A stretch of 63,992 bases of DNA, filler included, from Rhabdomonas costata (GCA_019059605.1; 30 parts of 30 records of this genome joined end to end with filler, not necessarily neighbours in it), one strand, 5' to 3'; positions 13,659 to 24,799 are shown, numbered from the whole stretch's first letter. Notes: a model not told the origin generated them from the sequence alone. A program made the numbers and translations.

Positions 13659-14278
13659 TCACTCAAAGGTCTCCAGGTCGGGGATCTCTTCATCTTTTGG
13701 GGCTTCCTTCTTCTGCTTCTTCTCCATTCCCTGCGCGATGTCACGCAGCTGGCCCACGTTCTCTGCGCCCAGCTGGTTGATGATTTGAGGGAGCATATCC
13801 TGGAGCTTCTTGGTCTCGCTGTGCCCGCTGACCGCGTAAGTGTTGGAGGGGATGCAAGCCTACGCACAAAAGCCACCCCAAATGACAACTGGGCCCCGCA
13901 TTCATCAACCGTCCTCATGGGAATGACAGTTTTTGTTCGATATCAACGCCACGCGCCGCTTGGTCGTCTAAAACCATCGTGCGGTCTCAATAAACCTTCG
14001 GCAACTTTGGGGCTGTGGGTAAGACAAAGCATATGGAAAAGCACGGGTACCTGAACTTTGGGGTGAGCGAAGTGGATGACATTTCCATTCGCCATAATCA
14101 GATTGACCTCCTCGATGTCACCAATCGGACTCACGCCCAGCTTCTTCAGGGCAGTCTGGAGCTTCTGGTCGTCGGCTGCATTGGTGCGGTGGACAACTTT
14201 CTTCGTGCGCCTCATACTGCCAGCGCCTCCTGTCCGCACAAGCTTGGCCATTTTTTTAAGGTCCTCTTTGCTGGGCAT
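13659..14278 (-). CDS. BTF3: Nascent polypeptide-associated complex subunit beta (BTF3), complete two-exon gene
   Basis: Exon 1 14278-14051 (VRTGGAGSMRR, DDQKLQTALKKLGV, IEEVNL, VIHFAHPKVQ); GT-AG intron; exon 2 13859-13659 (ACIPSNTYAVSG, MLPQIINQLG, EEIPDLETFE-TGA). Confidence 0.97.
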
Positions 14279-15132
14279 TGTGATGCAGCTCTGGGAAATA
14301 CGAAATAAAATACCTGGTCGAAACACGCAATCGAACGACAGAAAATCAACCATACAACAAAAACCGAACCAAACAACAAAAAGCGGAGTACACTGTGCAT
14401 TTAAACCGACGTTTTCATGCACACGATCACTGAATGCGCTATTCTTGTTCAACAGCCACGTCATTCATGCAATCGAAAGCTTCTGACAACACTCCAGCCC
14501 GAGACAATGAGACGATCAGGTTAACTTCAACTATTACAACCGCCCTCAATCCAACTGTTGCGCGTACACGTGCAAAACACCTCACCCGCCAGGGTGCACC
14601 ACATCCCCTTTCCCACAAAACCCCATTTTTGCTCAGCGTGGGCAAACAAGGGCAAACACCAACACCACCCTCTTCCAAAGAGGATTTGCCTAGGATCCAA
14701 GGCGCCTTACACACCCAGGTTGCACCGCAGCCCTTCCCTTCAAACAGGGTTGCCAACCTAGCTGCACTGCACCTCTGAACTCCCTCCTCACTCTCCTTTC
14801 GCGTGCCCGTGGTGGTTATTCCACAACATAAAGCGTGGCTGAAACTTGAGGAGCCGAACCAAAACAGCCCNNNNNNNNNNNNNNNNNNNNNNNNNNNNNN
14901 NNNNNNNNNNNNNNTTAATTAATTAANNNNNNNNNNNNNNNNNNNNNNNNNNNNNNNNNNNNNNNNNNNNGGGTGGTACTTGAAGGCTGAGAGTAAAGCA
15001 AGCTGAGAATATGACAGCAGAAAACGGTAGCATGTTGAAAATGAGCAAATGAAGCCCCCAACTCACAGAGCACCATAGCTGCGAAAAACTCGAACACCGC
15101 AGAGCAGAACGATAGGGACGAGCACAGCACAC

Positions 15133-15913
15133 TGTTTCCAGGCAGCGTTCCACCAGAACTCCAACCGTCGAGCTGGCCGACAGCATCTGCGCAACCTCTA
15201 TAAACTCCTCCAGGTCAAGCCAGGGGTGCTCCCGCCCCGCGGCCTGATGCACCGCTTGCAGAGCCTCGCTAGCCATGCGCTTGTCGGTGCATGGCACCGA
15301 AGCATCGCTGAGCAAAATAACCGTTCAACAGATCATTAATTCGCCATTATACGGTGCTGGACTGATCGCCTGCTATGTTGTTGCGGCGGTCTTGCACCTT
15401 CACCAGCTCACCGGCTGGGTGATCATGCAGCCGCAGTTATGGTGGCAGACCTTCTGCACACTCAACAAGGGTAAAACGAAACTCTGAAAACCCATGAATC
15501 AGCCACCTCTGCTCGCAGTGCTGAAACCACTGAACAATCATTAAAATTCCTACACGCGATAAAAATTGGGGTTTGGTCAACCTCCGCTGTCACAGTTCAT
15601 GGCACGCCTCGTGTGCACGCGCACGGACGTATGCCTCTACGTTCACCCGCTCAGGGAAAACCGCTCACAGATGTGTTCGGCTGGAAACCACTGAGTTTCC
15701 GCTCTGAATTGCCAACTGCGAGTGAGATGGTGGATCTGTGACCTACCGCAACGCCTGAGTGAGGTTGTCCTCCGCGATCTTGCCGTTGGTCGCCGCCTTA
15801 TTGAAAACCGCCTCCAGCACGGACCTGTCCACGGAGTACGATGTAGTGCCCGAAGCCAAGAGTAGGCCCTCGGGGCTCGTGACAGAGACGGAGAGGACCC
15901 GAGGCATCTCCAT
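15133..15913 (-). CDS. Partial protein with degenerate EF-hand-like helices
   Basis: Exons ~15913-15747 and 15307-15133 join in frame through a GT-AG intron: LEAVFNKAATNGKIAEDNLTQALR...LDLEEFIEV. Confidence 0.5.
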
Positions 15914-17108
15914 CGCCGCGGATCGCGCCACAGACAATTAGGAAAACGGATACAGAGATCTGCCCAAAGAGGGAGTGGTATAAAAATGGGGCTGGATTAT
16001 CAAGTGCGACGCGACAGTGAGTGGGACTGGGGTAGGATTGGAAGGTCGCAATCTTCCAAGGAAGGGTCAATTGTATGTGAAGAGAAACAACTGTAAGGAT
16101 CCATGCTGGCACAACAGCCCGGGGGTGGGGGCAGGCGAGAAGGAACCAAGGAACCCAGCAAAATTACTGCTGGTACTCCGGGCTGAGTGCCAGCGTCCTT
16201 CTGGGGTCCACCCCCATGGATGCTGCCCATGTCTGACGCACTGTTCTTATTAAGGCTGCGGGCTGAATGTCAAGAAAGTCCCAGCGCGAGCGCGGAGTTT
16301 GTTAGTTGATCAGATCGGGCCTCCTCCTGACCACGCGCCAGCCGCCGTTTTTTTTTGGGGGGGGATGATTGGTCGATTCGCGGCAACGTCAGCAAGGGCT
16401 TCTGTCAGAACTAAGCAACCATGAGCTGATCCACCAGATTACGACCAAAGGCCGGACTCACATGCACGAGATCGGATGCACGCACTGAGAGACCGTCCTG
16501 GGCAATAGAAGAGGGCATGCAGCATACAGCAGAAAACTTGTCCAACTCATTTGTCATAAGCGGACCCATCCCCATCTATTGTGTCGTTTCAGTTGTTCGA
16601 CAAGACCAGCACCGCACCAGGGACGCAATTACGGAGAAATCCAACGTTCAAGATCAAACCAAGAGCAAACCGGAGATTCGCCGCTAATTGGCGCGCACAC
16701 ACACAGGCACAAAGCCCAACACTGGACTGTGCAGATGCAGACAAACCACAGACAAACGCACACCTCAGCGCGGGCGAGCGGGGAGGAGGGGTCCCAGTCC
16801 AGAAGCAGCAGCAGAGAGGACGGGAAAATCAAATACCCAATTTTTTTCCACGTGCACCAGACGGGCGAAAGGAGACGAGCCACCCGAATTTTGAGAAATG
16901 AGAGCACGAACTGAATGTGAAAGGACGCTTCAAACGACGCACACACACATCACACCGAAGGCATTGAGCGCAAACATACCCAAACCCACACGTCAAGTCC
17001 CAAACAAANNNNNNNNNNNNNNNNNNNNNNNNNNNNNNNNNNNNNNNNNNNNTTAATTAATTAANNNNNNNNNNNNNNNNNNNNNNNNNNNNNNNNNNNN
17101 NNNNNNNN

Positions 17109-17933
17109 CTGAGCGCTTCCGTGTTTGCGTCATGAACTGGGAAGCTCGGCACACGGAGACTGAACTGTTTGGGGGAAAGGACTTGGAGGTCGAGTCTGAC
17201 GAGTGTGAGATCGGCAGAAAGAGGAAGGGCATGCAAGGCAGAGACTCCGACGAGGGCGACTTCCGTGGGTTGTTTGAGAGGAGCTCTGGTCGCCTTTTGG
17301 TAGGGGCATACGAGAAGCTGAACAGAGATCAGGATGATCGCCGCTTCGGTCCCCCTTCTCCTGATGATGTTCGCCCCCTTGTGGAGAAACTAGCCCCGGG
17401 AACGCTCCTATTCACTGATGCTGATGGTGCCAGAGCTTACACCTCTGTCTGTAAGGATTTTGGTATCTTCATTGCTCAGGTGGACCACAACAAGGGAGAG
17501 TTTTGTCGTCAGACTGTTCGAGGCAGACTCCGGGTTGTTTCTACTCAGGGTATTGACGGTGCCTGGGGAAACTTGAAAACCTTTCTCAGAGCTCGTGGTG
17601 GTTGCTCCGCTGACCAATTAGAGAGCTGTGTGAAGGAGTTTCAGTGGCGAAGGAACTTAGAAAAGGACTCTGACCCTTTCATTTCGCTACTGTTGTGCAT
17701 CAAGGATGGTTGTTTTCAGTGACTTCCTCACCCTTTTCTCTGTGCCGTACAAGTGAAGGTATGCCGAACACATATATGTATACGAAACCCCAGTTAGTAG
17801 TGTGTACATACATGTGCGTTCTCGTATTACTCGTATTACTCGTAGCGCTGTGGTTGCGAGGTGAGGGCAAGACACACAAAGGTCTGTGACACAGTGCATC
17901 AGTCGTATCAAAGGTCTTGGGGTCTCGTGGGCC
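17109..17933 (+). mobile_element. Merlin (IS1595-family) DNA transposon; open transposase catalytic domain 17132-17722, 5' end cut by the contig edge
   Basis: IS1595/Merlin motifs VESDECEIGRKRK, GLFERSSG, LLFTD..GARAY, VDHNKGEF, STQGIDGAWGNLK, KEFQWRRN. Possible right end ...TCGTGGGCC at 17933 is tentative. Confidence 0.9.
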
Positions 17934-18058
17934 AGTAGTGTGCAAAATTTACCAAATTGCCCAATCGTGAGACGTTGGCGTCATTTCGAGGAGGCCCTCT
18001 TACGCCGCTGGTCTGTAGGGAAGAGTAACCAAACTCACGAACACACAGGGCAAGTGGC

Positions 18059-18997
18059 TCAAGACGTCGCAGATTTCTCAAACGCAGCCACGAGGCCGTC
18101 CAGGTTTTCGAGGTCCCGGGCCTCGCCGCCATCTGCCGTAAAGTCAGCAGACTCAAAGTCGCACAGCACGAACGAGCCATCTCCGTCCACCAGCACGTTG
18201 TCGAGCTTAAGATCGGGGCCGTAACAGTAGTTGGCCTGGTGCAGCGACTGCAGGGCTGCAGAGATGTGCTCCCGCAGGAGGTCCCTCGTGGGCTGCACGT
18301 TTCGCCCGTTCTTGCTCTGGCGAAAGGCATTGGCCAGGTCCCTCGCTGTGCAGGGGTACGGCCTCATGATGAGGTAGTAGTGGTCGCCGCATTTCGGGGC
18401 GGCTTCGATCTTCAGAACATGGGGGGCCAGCCCGGCACGATGCACAGTTTGGGAGACAAGATACTCCCCATTTCCCTGCGCCACCTTGGCGACGCGCGGC
18501 TCCCCACGCCCGCTGAAGACTTTCAGAAAAGTGCTGTGACCGCCCTTTGCGGTCTGAAACTCGCCGACCACCATCCACTCTTGGTGCTTCTTGAAGAACG
18601 ACGTCGTGGGAAACGCCGAAATGTCTCTCCAGATGACGGAGACAAACGCCTTGAAGGACTCCAGGGACCAGGACATGTAGTGGCTCGACATCAGGAAGTG
18701 CACCTCGGTGTCGGTGAGCCGCCTCTGACAGTGCTTCTCCAGGACCTCGATCTGGGTGACGGGGTAGACCACGCCCAGCGGCGGCGCGGGAAGCTCCTCT
18801 GTGGTGTCGGTGAGCTGCACCGCGCTCTTGTCCACGGCGTCCTCATCGAAGGGAGTTAACAGCTTGTACACCGACACGTCATCGGCGCTGACCCGGGCCT
18901 GCGTCGCCACCGCTTCTCGAAGTTCCTGGAGGGTGCGTCTTGCCAGCGTCAGCCGAGAATACCCTTTCCGGTTGTAGTCGTACACGCACATTTCCAT
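18059..18997 (-). CDS. Intronless atypical protein kinase with N-terminal ubiquitin-like (Crinkler-header-like) domain
   Basis: 312-aa ATG-to-TGA ORF. Kinase motifs RVAKV, LAPHVL, YYLIM, LQSLHQANYCYGPDLKLDNVLV and LCDFE, with only ~30 aa after DFE. N-terminal ~60 aa have a beta-beta-alpha-beta pattern (TLQELREAVA...VSADDVSVYKL). Confidence 0.85.
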   Translation of the reverse strand: MEMCVYDYNRKGYSRLTLARRTLQELREAVATQARVSADDVSVYKLLTPFDEDAVDKSAVQLTDTTEELPAPPLGVVYPVTQIEVLEKHCQRRLTDTEVHFLMSSHYMSWSLESFKAFVSVIWRDISAFPTTSFFKKHQEWMVVGEFQTAKGGHSTFLKVFSGRGEPRVAKVAQGNGEYLVSQTVHRAGLAPHVLKIEAAPKCGDHYYLIMRPYPCTARDLANAFRQSKNGRNVQPTRDLLREHISAALQSLHQANYCYGPDLKLDNVLVDGDGSFVLCDFESADFTADGGEARDLENLDGLVAAFEKSATS

Positions 18998-19891
18998 GGA
19001 GATGGGGGGGAGGGGCCAAAATCACAAACGGAGAGGAAGCTATAGAGAAAAAGAGTGTGCAATGAGCGTAGAACCAATTACAGTTATCGCCTAGACCAGA
19101 GTGTCTTGTTCAGTTAACATGAAAAATGGACATTTACCAACCCAAAANNNNNNNNNNNNNNNNNNNNNNNNNNNNNNNNNNNNNNNNNNNNTTAATTAAT
19201 TAANNNNNNNNNNNNNNNNNNNNNNNNNNNNNNNNNNNNNNNNNNNNGGGGGTGTGGGGAAAAGGGATACAGAACCTTCCATGCACCCGTGTCGGCCTCC
19301 ACAATAACCGTCTGGCGGGTCCGCAGGGCCTGACACAGATCCTCCAAGCAGTTCTCAATGGGAAAGCTGCTACTGTTGGGTTCCTGCAGCTTCATTGGTG
19401 GGATTTATGCTTCGGCATCGGCAGCCATCCCAGCCTCGAGATGGAGCAGAGGAAAATTCCATGTTCGCGTATATGAATGGAGGTAAACCGAATTGAAACA
19501 AGAAGTCAAAATTGAACACACAAGCTAAAGATGCAAAAGAATCAAAAGAAGAGTACAAACAAAAAATATTGAGCCCCGCAGTTTCAAGTCAGACGCGCTA
19601 GTTCGCAGGCATCCGGTTGGGGCTCAACTTCCACCATTCATGCGTGTCCTCCTGCACCTAAAGATACAGAAAAATAAAAAGAATATGGACGGTGGTTGCA
19701 AATGAAGGAGGAAGTTTCTGCAGTAACAATCGAGGTAGCCCAAACGAATGCAGAGCGGGAGCAAAATTGGCAACAAAATGCACCCATGAAAACGAAGACA
19801 AATAAGTTCACAGTGCATGGTCTCCAGACCTCTTGACCCCCACGCCAACTTCGCCCCCCTTCCTTGACCTTGCAACGGCCTTTGCAGGCCT

Positions 19892-20991
19892 CTACCGGGT
19901 GATCATTTCGGGGGGCAAGTGCCCCGAGTTGCCAGTTCCATGAGCCTCACCGTACCATCGCCATATATCGATAGCATTGTAAAGCTCGCGTGGGGCAGGC
20001 TCAGCCGCAGCCATGTCTCGGGCGGCAGCTGCAAGCCCCGGAAGACGAAGTACCGGAACACATTGGCATGTCCCACCACCACCTCCACGGTGCTGGTGAG
20101 GTGCTTGAAATCCGCCTTTCCAGCGCTGGGGCGGCGGACAAATTTGCGGAAGGCCTTCTCGGATCGCTCGGCATGTATTTTGCGCTGCTCCACGGAGGGC
20201 TTGGCGATATTTGTAATCGTAGGCTGCGGCTCACAAGGCATGCCTTCTCGAAGCAAGTTGCACACCTAGCGGAACCAGAGCCGTGAGCAATCGCACATGC
20301 CTGCTAACCATATCACTCATGTGCAAAGTCAGCTTCACTCTCTCACATGATCACAGAAATACAACCCACATCATATGGCAAATCTCACACGACATAACAA
20401 TCATAGAAGAGTAAAATTTTGTCTCTCATGATACACGCCATTCATGGTGAATTAAGCTGCTCAATGAAGTTCGAAAATTCGTCAAACCTGACCCCCAGCC
20501 CATTGCAGAATGCGATCCTGGATTTTGTCAGCAGGGAATAGCACGTGCTCCGCAATAATGCCAGCCGTCTTCCTGGATCTCTACAAGTCAGAACACCATA
20601 AGGCTGAGATCTCGTGGCTGACCAGGGGGCACCCCTGTGGGTCGCACAGCTGCTTCAGCCGCTTCCCAGCCTCCACGGCCTGCTTCACCCCGCGCTCATT
20701 TAGGAAGTTGTCCCCAGAGTCTAGATACTGCCCGTGCCTAATTAGGATGAGCTGTCGTCGGACCGAGCGGGGCGCCGCCGCTGCGGAAGAGTCAGCGTTG
20801 TGGGAGGCACCCTGGTCCCAACGGTCGTCCCAACGCGTGCCCCAGGCCCTTTCCCATGGAGGGACAGAGGACCGGGAGATGCCCTGAGAGGGAAGAAGGC
20901 CTGGGAAGGCGAGAAAAAGGCCTGTGGCACCGGTTACCCCGATGGCAACACCGCCAGCGGTGCGAAGGAGAGGATAGAAGCGGGCAGCCAT
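19892..20991 (-). pseudogene. PGAM5: PGAM5-like mitochondrial histidine phosphatase with an in-frame TAG (20581-20583) and a 1-nt frameshift near the C-terminus
   Basis: N-terminal hydrophobic segment, WDDRWD, LILIRHGQY, SDL*RSRKTAGII, LLREGMPCEP, VVVGHANVFRYFVFRGLQLPPETWLRLSLPHAS. The expected GNSGHLPP lies in a shifted frame that ends at TAG 19892-19894. Confidence 0.8.
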
Positions 20992-21413
20992 CTGGAAAAC
21001 CTGATGCTGGTCTGTGAAGACCCAGAAGAGCTAGAAACAGGAATAAGAGAACAAAGTGATCCAGCCGTGCAAAAGATCGCTGAACAAGTAAAAACGCTTA
21101 CCACAGAAACAGCAAATACACGTACACAGAAATTGAACTCTCCGCTACTTTTTTTGTTCTTCTGTATCTTCTTTTTAATTTCTGATTCAACACCAATGCT
21201 CGAAAAGGCGTCAGGTGTCAAGTCAAATGATACCAAAACTCAATTTACTGAAAGCAAACTTTGGTAGCAGTTACAAACCCCCCCNNNNNNNNNNNNNNNN
21301 NNNNNNNNNNNNNNNNNNNNNNNNNNNNTTAATTAATTAANNNNNNNNNNNNNNNNNNNNNNNNNNNNNNNNNNNNNNNNNNNNGGGTGTTGGGTGGAGT
21401 GTAGGGGACATTT

Positions 21414-22353
21414 TTGTTTATGATGAGACGCACAACCAAAAATGTCCCCTACACTCCGGCCAACAACAAGATGCGCAAGAAGACCAGTACCAAGGGGGGT
21501 CTCGAATGCCTCCAGACCATCTTGAGGATGGGCGACGTGGAGGTGGTCGAGAAGATGCTCGGGTTTCTGAAGCCCGTGGTTACGTGCCCCGGTGGTTCTG
21601 GGGATCTGTCTTTCGTCCCCGGTTGCGGTTCCGAGCCCCGGTTTAAGTGTCACCGGTGCAAACGGGGGCATCTCCGTGCCTCTCACGTTCACGTTCGCCA
21701 GCTGTTCGCTGTCATCCACTAGTTCGCCTACAAAGTCCCCGTTCCTTCCGTGACTGCTGCGGTGTTTGTGGGTTACAAAACTGCGATCAAGATTGATCTC
21801 ACCTGTGGTTAGGAGGCGATGCACGTGCGCCTAGATCTACGGCCAAGCATGAAGAGCGTTCGGGGGGGGGGGTGATTCGGGTCTCGGGGGCTTGTTTTGT
21901 GTCCTTTGCAAAACAAGGCGAGGTTGAGTCCTGCTTTTTCGGAGAATGTTCTTCCCCTCATGCAGAAATTCGCCCGTTCTGGTTCCATCGTTTTCACAGA
22001 CGGTCTCAAGGCTATCGCGTTCTTGCCTCTCTCAAACCTCTGTAATCGTTTTGTGCGGCATGGAGCGAAATGATTTCCTCGTTTAGTCCAGGTACACTGC
22101 TCGATGGTACATGGGGTGACATCAAGAATACTGTTCGGGATCGTGCCATTCTCCACGACTTGATTCCCGACCACGTCAGAGAGCTTCAATGGCGGTTCCG
22201 GGTGGGAGATGATGATATCTCTTTCTGAGTTGGGAAAGGCTGTGCAGCGTCTGTTTGCTCTCTCCGCGTCCTGCAGCACTGCATGTTTTTGGACACTGCT
22301 GTGCTTCGGGACTCTTCTGGTGTCTAGATTTCCAGATATTCCGCCTGGGGGCC
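21414..22353 (+). mobile_element. Degenerate Merlin (IS1595-family) transposon
   Basis: Frameshifted fragments: Zn-ribbon-like TCPGG...FKCHRCK, VLPLMQKFARSGSIVFTDGLKA, FVRHGAK, DGTWGDIKN and HVRELQWR, collinear with the 17132 transposase. Possible end ...GGGGGCC at 22353. Confidence 0.75.
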
Positions 22354-22514
22354 ACAGGATAAACTTAATCTATGGGGGAGGGGGGCCACAGGATGAACGT
22401 ATGCAAACGCGCGCAAGATTCAGTAGCAGAAAAAGTCTGGATGGCATCATCCACAACGCAAGACTCTTTAAACCAGTTCTGAGCTCCCGTTATCCTCAAA
22501 GTCACGGGGGCCTG

Positions 22515-23421
22515 GCCTCCCACAGGACTTACATTGGACCTTCCAAACACCGTAACGTTGCTTAGCCACACTAAAAAGGGACGCAGTCACAACGAAGCCG
22601 CTCGATCACTCCAGGCCACCCAGCACCAACACAAACGACTGCAACAACCGAGGCGGCAACGTCACAATCAACCAGCCTCGTAGGACGGTTGGCAAAGTAC
22701 CTTGTTTTTGACAGTCATTGCAGCATCACGTCGATTTTCGGATTTCCGGCAGAATGCTTGTTTTAGACTGTGATTCAATTTAAGACACGGAAGTCGAAGA
22801 TTATTCGACGTGACATGTCCTTCCTGTCCCTGAGCAATGCGCCAGAGTGTTCCCCTCGAATCGCAGCCTTTGAACGAGACCTTGTCCCACGGTTTTGATC
22901 CGGTAATCCCGTCCAATTGCTTGAGGACACTCTAAAGAAAACTCCTGCCATCAGTCTGGCGCTTTTCTCCACTCCAGGGGCAGTCCGGAATTGTTTCTGA
23001 AGGTTAATGCCACTGAACTCCAAGGGCATCCGTCAACTCCTGAACCCCTGCTCGTGCTGGGAGCGAGTAACCATAAACACCACCAACACTTGCAATTACG
23101 AGACAACCCGCATTTTTTTTTCTGCTTCGTTGTGGTTCCCCTTCCCTTGCGCCAATGATGCGCCCCTTTCAACTGGAATTTGGACTATGCTACAAGAGCC
23201 AGAAAAATGCAACAGGCAAATCATATTACTTCAACCTGAATGTCCCACCTCATCATCTTTACAACCACGGTAAGAATCTCTGCCGTTGCCTCCCACAGGA
23301 CTTACATTGGACCTTCCAAACATCGTAACGTTGCTTAGCCACACTAAAAAGGGACGCAGTCACAACGAAGCCGCTCGATCACTCCAGGCCACCCAGCACC
23401 AACACAAACGACTGCAACAAC
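22515..23421 (+). repeat. 134-bp direct repeat (22515-22648 and 23288-23421), period 773 bp, second copy cut by the contig end
   Basis: The two copies are identical except one substitution (CACCGT vs CATCGT). Confidence 0.95.
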
Positions 23422-24188
23422 NNNNNNNNNNNNNNNNNNNNNNNNNNNNNNNNNNNNNNNNNNNNTTAATTAATTAANNNNNNNNNNNNNNNNNNNNNNN
23501 NNNNNNNNNNNNNNNNNNNNNTGGTATGCACGTGTCCCCTGGGATTCTAATACAAGGAAGTTTCTCCGGGCTTCATTGCCCCTGAAGTCGATGAACGGTT
23601 CCCAGGAGATTGCCGTACAAAAGGGACTGAATTATTTTGGGTGCGGAGGCCAGCCCGCGGCGCGGCCGAAGCGGGGGGTGCGTGGGCGGGGAGGTCCCCT
23701 GGGTTGCGTTGTGGCCTGGATTCTGATACCCAGATATTGTGGTTCACGGGGGGGGGGGGTCGAGTTTCAGCCTCGCACCGCAAAATGCTTGTGGAAGTAC
23801 ACAGTCCCCGTCGCTTGTGGTGACTCTTTTTGGCGGTGGACTCGCTATCTCGAGTACCCCATGACATAGTCATTGACTCCGGAAACGTCCATCAGAACAC
23901 CAGTTATCCAGGCCTTTCCGTTCATGAAAGCCACCACTCAGTCACGATCAGCAGACTATCAGCTGTGCCTGTTGGATGCACAGATGGAACCCAACAGCTC
24001 ACGACACGACCACCGGCATTCCGTTCGTGTATTCCCGGCTGCTTTAATCACCGTCGAGTTTATATGTGAGGACGAAGTTGCATTTTTGTTTGAGCAAAAA
24101 AAATCGTGATGTCAAGCGGTGCAGAGGAAAGCTTAAGTGTAACCGCGAGCAAGCAATCACTTATCGAAGCAGGAAAACCAGCGCCTAA

Positions 24189-24480
24189 TCAGCGCCCAGT
24201 TTCTGCGCGGCCTGTCCGGGCCACCTTGCGCCGCAGCATCTGAGCAGCCTCCAGAGAAATCCGCAGTATTTGGTCCGCGCGGTGCACAGCCAAGTTGTTT
24301 CCCAGAGCGAAGCTCCTGCCCAGCGCGGCGATGCGATGCGCCTCTTCAGGGTGGCTAAGGTAATGCAGCAGCTTTCCCTCAAACTCCGTTCTGCTGCTGC
24401 TGTCGAACTCCACAAGGTGAACCCCATGACGTAGAGGGGGTTCCCTAGGAAGCCTGGTGGTGTCCACAAGGACTAGGGCT
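24189..24480 (-). CDS. Terminal exon of a glycosyltransferase (GT-B C-terminal, CgeB-like)
   Basis: PLRHGVHLVEFD...EGKLLHYLSHPEEAHRIAALGRSFALGNNLAVHRADQIL matches the typical GT-B C-terminal helix pattern. Confidence 0.65.
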
Positions 24481-24799
24481 CCACGGCAATCAGGGGAAGG
24501 AGCTGGGATTCATCCGTGACGCCCAACCGTCCGGATAGCGAAAGTCAAGCTCAATTTAGTCAGCTTTCCAACAGATCACATTGCAGACGATGCAAAAGTT
24601 ATCGAACGCTTTGACAAAATGCCAATAATAAAAAAAATTGCTCTTATTTGCTATCCTCTAGCTTCTTTCTCCTGTCTGTTTGTACATATAAAACGGGTCC
24701 ATGAGCCATCCCCAAAGCCAGGCCCAGAACCACTACTAGATGTAAAGCCAGTGAAAAAAACATTGTCCTTCCAAGGGCCCTTGCAAGCACACGACTGAG

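Noticed and set aside
20581..20583. Genome-wide UAG stop-codon reassignment suggested by the in-frame TAG in PGAM5
   Set aside because: Long exons (POP ~490 codons, LRR ~445 codons, dynein) have no in-frame TAG or TAA; TAG appears to terminate ATG4 (37929) and PGAM5 itself (19892); the same gene also has a frameshift.
22920..22950. Spliced-leader RNA gene (minus-strand TTTCTTTAGAGTGTCC resembles a euglenid SL)
   Set aside because: Only a partial match, lacking the T-tract, GT donor and Sm site.
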